Part shown: positions 57,980 to 64,000 of the stretch, in pieces
Position numbering within the stretch: the stretch's first letter is position 1
How the letters are laid out: each line of letters opens with the position of its first letter
Assembly (NCBI GenBank): GCA_963707635.1
Contig: OY970173.1
Coordinates: 1,920,001-1,984,000, forward strand
Length of the DNA stretch: 64,000 nucleotides
Direction of reading: 5' to 3'
DNA from: Candidatus Latescibacterota bacterium
Lineage (GTDB): Bacteria; Krumholzibacteriota; Krumholzibacteriia; WVZY01; JAKEHA01
The notes under the pieces: generated by a model
The model's input: the letters and a program-made list of their open reading frames with translations, nothing else
Databases searched by the model: none
What the model was told of the DNA's origin: nothing
Position numbers and translations under genes: made by a program

Positions 57980-60591
57980 CTGACGCCACGCCGCTGATGT
58001 CCCAGTACCGGGACATCAAGAACCAGTTCGGGGATTGCATTCTCCTGTTCCGGGTCGGGGACTTCTACGAGACGTTCTTCGAGGACGCGATCGAGGTTTC
58101 CGGCCTGCTCAACATCACCCTCACCACGCGCGATCGCCACAAACCCAACCCGATCCCCCTGGCCGGCGTCCCGTTTCACGCGGCCGAGACCTACATCACC
58201 CGGCTGCTCGCCGCCGGCCGGAAGGTGGCCGTGTGCGAGCAGGTGGAAGACCCCGCGCTCGCGAAGGGGCTGGTGCGGCGCGATGTCGTGGAGGTGCTGA
58301 CCCCCGGCACCGCGCTCAACTCCGGACTCTTCGCCGACGCGGACAACAACTACTGCCTCGCGGTGCACCCGGTGAACGACGACGAAATCGCGCTGGCGCT
58401 TCTCGACGTCGGCACCGGCGAGCTGGTCAGCGGGGCCGGCACCACCGACACCTTCTTTCACCTGATCCAGGGCAAGAAAGTGCGCGAGCTGGTGATTCCG
58501 AAGTCGATCCCGGCCGGGCTGCGCGCGCTGCTCATCGAACATCTGGAGGACCCGTTCGTGACCGCGCTCGACGACGGCGCGTTCACGCCCGAGCGCGCGG
58601 GCGCCTCCATCGGGGCACAATTCGGCGAACGCGCCGCCGCCGTCGCCGCGGCCGTCGGGGCGGGCGAGCGGGTGGCGGTGGGAGCGGTGCTGGGGCACTG
58701 CATCGGCCTGCGCGGGGGCGCGCTGCCGCAGGTGGTGGGCATCGAGCGCGCGCTCGCGACACGCTTCGTGCTGCTCGACGACGAGACCATCGGAAACCTG
58801 GAGTTGTTCGAGCCGCTGCGCGGCGGGGTCGCCGCCGCGACGCTGCTGCGCACGCTCGACCGCACCGCGACCGCGATGGGGTCGCGCGAACTGCGGCACT
58901 GGATCCAGAAACCGCTGTGCGACGCGGCGGGGATCGACGAACGGCTCGACGCGGTGGCGCGCGTGTACGGCGACGCGTCGCTCGCCGAGTCGCTATCCCG
59001 GGAACTCAATGGCATCGCCGACATCCAGCGGCTGGCGGCGCGGGTCGCGGCGCGCAAGGCGATCCCGCGGGAGCTGCACGCGCTGCGCGAGTCGCTCGCG
59101 AAAGCCCCGGCTCTGGGCCGGGTCGCGGCGTCCAGCGGGTGCGTGCTGCTCGAGCGCGCTCGCTCGCTGGTGGGCGACCACTCCGAGCTGTGCGACCTCG
59201 TCGAGCGCGCCATCGTGGCCGACCCGCCGTCCCACCTGCGCGAGGGCGGCGTCATCCGCCGCGGGTTCGACGCGGAGCTGGATTCACTCATCGACGCGAG
59301 CGAAGCGGCGAAGCGATGGGTGGCGGGGCTGGAGGCGCGCGAACGCGAGCGCAGCGGCATCGCCTCGCTCAAGGTCGGGTTCAACAAGGTGTTCGGCTAT
59401 TACCTGGAGGTATCGAACGCGCACGCGAAGTCGGTTCCCGCCGACTACGTCCCCCGGCAGACGCTGACCAACGCCCAGCGCTACTACACGCCCGAGCTCA
59501 AGGAGAAGGAGGACGTGATCCTGCGCACGGAAGAGCGGCGCGTGAAGGAAGAGAATCGCGTGTACGAGGCGTTGTGCTGCGAGATCGCGTCGCGTTCCGA
59601 TTCGCTCCAGCGCGCAGCGGCGGGCATTGCCATCCTCGACGCGGTGCTCTCGCTGGCCACGGTCGCGCGCAGCAACGGGTACCGTCGCCCCGTCGTCGAC
59701 GGCACGCTCACGATCGAGATCGTGGGCGGCCGCCACCCGGTGCTGGAGCGGGTGGTATCGGAGCCGTTCGTTCCCAATGACCTCTTCCTCGACGTCGAGC
59801 GCCGCCAGTTCGCGCTGATCACCGGGCCGAACATGTCGGGCAAGAGCACGTACCTCCGCCAGACCGCGCTCATCGTGCTGATGGCTCAGATGGGGTCGTT
59901 CGTGCCCGCCGAGCGCGCGCGTATCGGCGCCGTCGACCGCATCTTCACCCGCGTCGGGGCCAGCGACCGTCTGAGCCGTGGCGAATCGACGTTCCTGGTC
60001 GAGATGAACGAGACCGCGAATATTCTCCGCCACATGACGGATCGCAGCCTCCTGATCCTGGACGAGATCGGGCGCGGGACCTCGACCTACGACGGGCTCG
60101 CGATCGCGTGGGCGGTCGCCGAGCATCTGCTGCAGGGAACGGTGGCGCGGCCGCGCACACTGTTTGCGACCCACTTCCACGAGCTGACCCAGCTGAAGAG
60201 CGCGTATCCACGCCTGGTCAACCTGAAGATCTCGATCCGCGAGTGGGCGGGCGGCATCGTGTTCCTGCGCAAGATCGTCGCCGGAACCAGCGACAAGAGT
60301 TTCGGGATTCACGCCGCGCGGGTGGCGGGAGTGCCCGCGCCGGTGATCAAACGCGCGGAAGAGATTCTCGCCTCGCTCGAGTTGCGCCGGGGGCTGGTGG
60401 CGCGGACCCTAGAACCCGACGACGCGCGCGAGCAGACGAATCTCTTCGCCGGGCCGACCGCCGCCCCGGCCGTCGGCAACGGCGACGCGTTGCGGCGGGC
60501 CCTCGACGAGTTCGACGTCGACACCACCACGCCGCTCCAGGCGCTCCAGTTCCTCAAACGCCTCAAAGAGATCGACAGCGACGGCGGGTAG
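57976..60591 (+). CDS. mutS: DNA mismatch repair protein MutS
   Basis: TPLMSQY, GDFYE, GPNMSGKST, GESTFLVEM, DEIGRGTS, ATHFHEL. Confidence 0.98.
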   Translation: MTDATPLMSQYRDIKNQFGDCILLFRVGDFYETFFEDAIEVSGLLNITLTTRDRHKPNPIPLAGVPFHAAETYITRLLAAGRKVAVCEQVEDPALAKGLVRRDVVEVLTPGTALNSGLFADADNNYCLAVHPVNDDEIALALLDVGTGELVSGAGTTDTFFHLIQGKKVRELVIPKSIPAGLRALLIEHLEDPFVTALDDGAFTPERAGASIGAQFGERAAAVAAAVGAGERVAVGAVLGHCIGLRGGALPQVVGIERALATRFVLLDDETIGNLELFEPLRGGVAAATLLRTLDRTATAMGSRELRHWIQKPLCDAAGIDERLDAVARVYGDASLAESLSRELNGIADIQRLAARVAARKAIPRELHALRESLAKAPALGRVAASSGCVLLERARSLVGDHSELCDLVERAIVADPPSHLREGGVIRRGFDAELDSLIDASEAAKRWVAGLEARERERSGIASLKVGFNKVFGYYLEVSNAHAKSVPADYVPRQTLTNAQRYYTPELKEKEDVILRTEERRVKEENRVYEALCCEIASRSDSLQRAAAGIAILDAVLSLATVARSNGYRRPVVDGTLTIEIVGGRHPVLERVVSEPFVPNDLFLDVERRQFALITGPNMSGKSTYLRQTALIVLMAQMGSFVPAERARIGAVDRIFTRVGASDRLSRGESTFLVEMNETANILRHMTDRSLLILDEIGRGTSTYDGLAIAWAVAEHLLQGTVARPRTLFATHFHELTQLKSAYPRLVNLKISIREWAGGIVFLRKIVAGTSDKSFGIHAARVAGVPAPVIKRAEEILASLELRRGLVARTLEPDDAREQTNLFAGPTAAPAVGNGDALRRALDEFDVDTTTPLQALQFLKRLKEIDSDGG

Positions 60592-60642
60592 CCGCCCCCT
60601 CCCGACCGACTCTCGGGCACGACAGACCGCGATGAGGAATCG

Positions 60643-60658
60643 TGGTCCACGAATTGCT
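60643..60658 (+). promoter_or_regulatory. Possible sigma54 promoter
   Basis: TGGTCCACGAATTGCT, GG-N10-GC with an imperfect -24 box. Confidence 0.35.
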
Positions 60659-60732
60659 TCTCTCCCAGCGGTTCGTGCGATGCCTGGCGACGCCTCACCT
60701 GGTGTAATGGGTGAGGCGTGTCACGTAACATA

Positions 60733-63009
60733 ATGAAAAAACGTAAAATACGTTGTGCGATCCTCAGCGGTGGGGAGGGGGACCTCTACGTGTTCGGCGA
60801 GATCCACAAGCGCCGGGACGTCGAGATCGCATTCGTCTACGACCGCAATCCTGCCGCCGTCGCCCTGGAAATCGCCGAGATCCTGCACGTACCACGCGTC
60901 ACCCGGCCCGAGGACATCGCCGCCTACCTGCCGCTCGACTGCCTGGTGGTCGGCGAGCCACGCGACCGCTTCGCCGAGGAGCTCACCCTCCTCGCCAACG
61001 TCGAGGTACTCGACCACACAGAGGCACTCGCCCGTTTTGGACGCCCGGCCCCGACGCCGTCCGAATCGACGGCGGGCGCGGTGGCCGACGTCCCGTACAC
61101 CATCGAGGACGCGCTGGCCGGGTTCGAACGCCTGTTCGACCGCAAGCGGCTGCTCAAGTTTCTGCTCGACGTGGCGGTCGAAACCACCGGCGCGTCCAAC
61201 GGGTCGATCATGCTCTACTCGTCCGAGGCGCGCGAGCTGTACATCGCGTACGCCACCGGGCTGAGCGAGCGCGTCGTGCGCAACACCCGGCAGAAGATCG
61301 GCGAAGGCATCGCGGGCAGCGTCGCCCAGGAACGCAAAGGCAAGCTCATCCGCCAGGCCGCGGTGGGAACGCACTACCGCTCCGACCGCGACCGGGTCAA
61401 CATCTCGTCGGCCTGCTCGGTCCCGCTGATCGAGGACGACCGCCTGCTCGGCGTGTTGAATGTTTCCTCGACCGGCAGCGGGCGGGAGTTGTCGGCCGGC
61501 GATCTCGAGACGCTCGAGCGCTTGAGCCGGCGCATGGCGCGTGTGCTCTCCGAGTCGCTCAAGCTCCAGGAAATCCAGCTTCGCTCCGGCGAAATGAACC
61601 TGCGCCAGTCCGTGGGCGAGCTGGTGGAGAAGCCGGGGAGCACGCCGGAGAAGTTCGCGCTCCTGTCCGCGCTGGTGGCGGAGCTCACCGGGGCGGAGTC
61701 GGTGGAGGTTTTCATCAGCACCCACAGCGGGGACTGGCTCGTGCTGGGCGGCTCCAACCGCCGTCTGTCCACGACGCCGGATTTCGTGCGCGTCGGCAAG
61801 GGAGCGATGGCGCGCGCGTACCTGGAGCGGCGCACCATCATCCTCACCGAACCCGTGGACCCGCAGAGCGGGGCGTTGGCCTCCTCGTTCGTATTCGTCC
61901 CCCTGGCGCTGGGGGAGAGCCTCGGGGTCGCCACCATCGAATTCGCCGAGCGCCATCGCCTCGACGGTTTCCTCGCGGTCAAGGACTCGATCGCCCTGGA
62001 GCTCTCGCGGTTCATCGCGTCCGAGCGTCGCGAGCGGCGCCTGCGCAGCGAACTCACCGCGCTGGCCCGTATCTCGGAGTCCGCGCCCGCGATCCTCTCG
62101 TGCCGGGCGTTGCAGGACCTCTCCGACGTGGTGGCGCGGACCATCGTGGACGCACTCGAGTGCGAGCGCGCGTCGGTGCGCCTGCGCTCCGGAGGTGCGG
62201 GGGGATGGACGGTCGCGTACTACGACGCGGCAGGACGGCCGGAGGCGTCGTGGAGCGAGGAAGACGAGGAGCGCTTCGAGAAGCTCGACAAGAAGCGGGC
62301 CGCGTATCACCTGGACTTTCTCGACGTCGCTTCCGGCCGCGGCGAGCACACGCACGGCCACCACTCGGTGCTCGCGGTCCCGATCCGTTCCGGCGACGAG
62401 CTGCTGGGCGGGATCATCACCTATGACAAACGCGCGAGCACGGCGGTGGAGGACGCGGTGTTCTCCTCCCACGACGAGAGCATCATCGACCAGGTCATCG
62501 CCATGGTGCTGCCGACGGCGCGCTCGCTTTCGTCCGGAGACGCGAGCGCGCGCCCGTCGTACGACGACATCCTCGCGGGCAACGGGCACCGGCTCTCGCG
62601 CGTGACCGACGCGGAGATGTCGCGCGCGGATCGTTACCACCAGCCGTTCGCGCTGCTGATGCTGCGCGTACCCATGCTCTCGTCTCTCTTCGCGGCGGAC
62701 GAGCCGCGGGCCCTGGCGGCCTCGGACGAGATTCGCCAGGGAATCCAGACCCGCACGCGCAAGAGCGACTACGGCGCGTGGATTCGCCGCGACACCTACG
62801 CGCTGGTGTCGCTCGAGGGAACGCGGCGCATCAAGTTTCTGGTGTCCCGGCTCGTGGCCTACCTTAAGAAGGATCTCGGCAAGTTCGGGACCGCGATCGG
62901 ACCCGCGGACGTGGAGATCGGCATCGCGGTCTACCCGGGCGCGTCGCGCTCCGCGGAAGCGCTCTTCGACGAAGCCATCGCCGCGCTCAAACCCCACGCG
63001 GCGGATTAG
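60733..63009 (+). CDS. Multi-GAF protein with Rossmann-like N-terminus and degenerate GGDEF domain
   Basis: GSIML, GEGIAG-VA, SVPL---RLLGVLNV; further GAF-like units; C-terminus E--RA-RY--PFALLM...RKSD...IGIAVYP...A--L. Confidence 0.85.
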   Translation: MKKRKIRCAILSGGEGDLYVFGEIHKRRDVEIAFVYDRNPAAVALEIAEILHVPRVTRPEDIAAYLPLDCLVVGEPRDRFAEELTLLANVEVLDHTEALARFGRPAPTPSESTAGAVADVPYTIEDALAGFERLFDRKRLLKFLLDVAVETTGASNGSIMLYSSEARELYIAYATGLSERVVRNTRQKIGEGIAGSVAQERKGKLIRQAAVGTHYRSDRDRVNISSACSVPLIEDDRLLGVLNVSSTGSGRELSAGDLETLERLSRRMARVLSESLKLQEIQLRSGEMNLRQSVGELVEKPGSTPEKFALLSALVAELTGAESVEVFISTHSGDWLVLGGSNRRLSTTPDFVRVGKGAMARAYLERRTIILTEPVDPQSGALASSFVFVPLALGESLGVATIEFAERHRLDGFLAVKDSIALELSRFIASERRERRLRSELTALARISESAPAILSCRALQDLSDVVARTIVDALECERASVRLRSGGAGGWTVAYYDAAGRPEASWSEEDEERFEKLDKKRAAYHLDFLDVASGRGEHTHGHHSVLAVPIRSGDELLGGIITYDKRASTAVEDAVFSSHDESIIDQVIAMVLPTARSLSSGDASARPSYDDILAGNGHRLSRVTDAEMSRADRYHQPFALLMLRVPMLSSLFAADEPRALAASDEIRQGIQTRTRKSDYGAWIRRDTYALVSLEGTRRIKFLVSRLVAYLKKDLGKFGTAIGPADVEIGIAVYPGASRSAEALFDEAIAALKPHAAD

Positions 63010-63128
63010 CTCGGGCACCCCCGGCGCCGGTTATCCCCACAATTCCATCGCCCGCCCCGAAGCTTTCGTTGCCCGCGCCGGAGGCCCGTGCTAATGTGTT
63101 CCACGGTTACGCGCAACTGGAGCTATAA

Positions 63129-64000
63129 ATGGCTGTCATTCGCACACTTCCAGACGACGTCGCGCGCCGCATCGCCGCGGGCGAGGTGGTGGAGCGCCCC
63201 GCCTCGGTGGTCAAGGAACTGCTCGAGAATGCGATCGACGCAGGCGCGCAGACGATCACGGTGACCACCGCCGGCGGCGGGGAAGCGCTGATCGAAGTCC
63301 ACGACGACGGCAGCGGCATGTCGCGCGAAGACGTCGAGCTGGCGCCGCGCAATTTCTCGACCAGCAAGATTCGCGACGCGGACGACCTGCAGCGCATCGC
63401 CACCTACGGGTTTCGCGGGGAGGCCCTCGCCAGTATCTCGGCGGTGTCGCGCTTCGAGTTGATATCGAGCGATAGCGGCGACGGCGAGGGTTGGCGCGTG
63501 CGCATCGAAGGGAAGGACGCGGTCGTGAGCGAGCCCGCGCCGCACGAGCGCGGCACCACGGTGCGGGTGCGCGACCTCTTCTTCAACACGCCGGCGCGCA
63601 AGCGCTTCCTGCGCTCGTCGGTCACGGAGCGCAAGCGCATCCTGGAGACGATTCTCTCCTTCGCGCTCATCCTGCCCGAGATCGAGATTCATTTCGTCGA
63701 CGACGGCCGCCAGGTGCTCGACCTCCTCCCCGCACCCGGGTGGCGCGAGCGGGTTGCAGCGGTGCTCGGCAACGAGGTCATGCCCCACATGGTCGAGGTC
63801 GAGGGCGGTTCCGGTCCGATGCGCGTGACGGGGTTCGTGAGCCTGCCGACCCACACCCGCGCCAATCGCTTCAGCCAGTTTTTCTTCGTGAACCGGCGCG
63901 CGGTACGCGAACGCACGCTCGTGCATGCGCTGCAGGACGCGTATCGCAACGTGATCCCCTACAAGCGCTACCCGGTGGCGGTGCTGTCCGTCGAGATGCC
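63129..64000 (+). CDS. mutL: DNA mismatch repair protein MutL (partial, runs off the window)
   Basis: IAAGEVVERPASVVKELLENAIDAG, DDGSGM, TSKI, GFRGEALASI, DLFFNTPAR. Confidence 0.97.
   Translation, partial: MAVIRTLPDDVARRIAAGEVVERPASVVKELLENAIDAGAQTITVTTAGGGEALIEVHDDGSGMSREDVELAPRNFSTSKIRDADDLQRIATYGFRGEALASISAVSRFELISSDSGDGEGWRVRIEGKDAVVSEPAPHERGTTVRVRDLFFNTPARKRFLRSSVTERKRILETILSFALILPEIEIHFVDDGRQVLDLLPAPGWRERVAAVLGNEVMPHMVEVEGGSGPMRVTGFVSLPTHTRANRFSQFFFVNRRAVRERTLVHALQDAYRNVIPYKRYPVAVLSVEM

Noticed and set aside
60718..60752. TAACATAA resembling a dif XerD arm
   Set aside because: No XerC arm at the 6-bp spacing; better explained as an AT-rich gene start.
1..64000. CRISPR arrays, IS elements, prophage, rRNA
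   Set aside because: No regularly spaced repeats, transposase or phage genes, or rRNA sequence were seen.

Overview
A GC-rich, gene-dense chromosomal segment of a diderm bacterium. The gene complement suggests an FCB-related lineage such as Krumholzibacteria, Eisenbacteria or Latescibacteria (inference only). Most of the window is housekeeping: purN-purC-purH-guaA, secA, smg-topA-trmFO-xerC, dapF, proS, rpsT, xerD, trpS-scpAB-rluB-hisC-cmk/plsC-rpsA, lapAB, mutS, mutL, plus tRNA-Leu and tRNA-Ala. I found no mobile element, CRISPR array or prophage. The most unusual part is the first ~17 kb, which looks like a sigma54 regulatory hub. It has two enhancer-binding proteins, an HU/IHF gene and about five -24/-12 promoter motifs. 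One motif points at an unannotated ~105-nt hairpin RNA. Another drives a degenerate two-component pair: a kinase lacking its His and a pseudo-receiver fused directly to a Fis HTH. Several motifs predict near-leaderless mRNAs. c-di-GMP components (PilZ, an active GGDEF, a degenerate GGDEF between mutS and mutL) are also present. All calls come from reading the sequence by eye; no searches were run.
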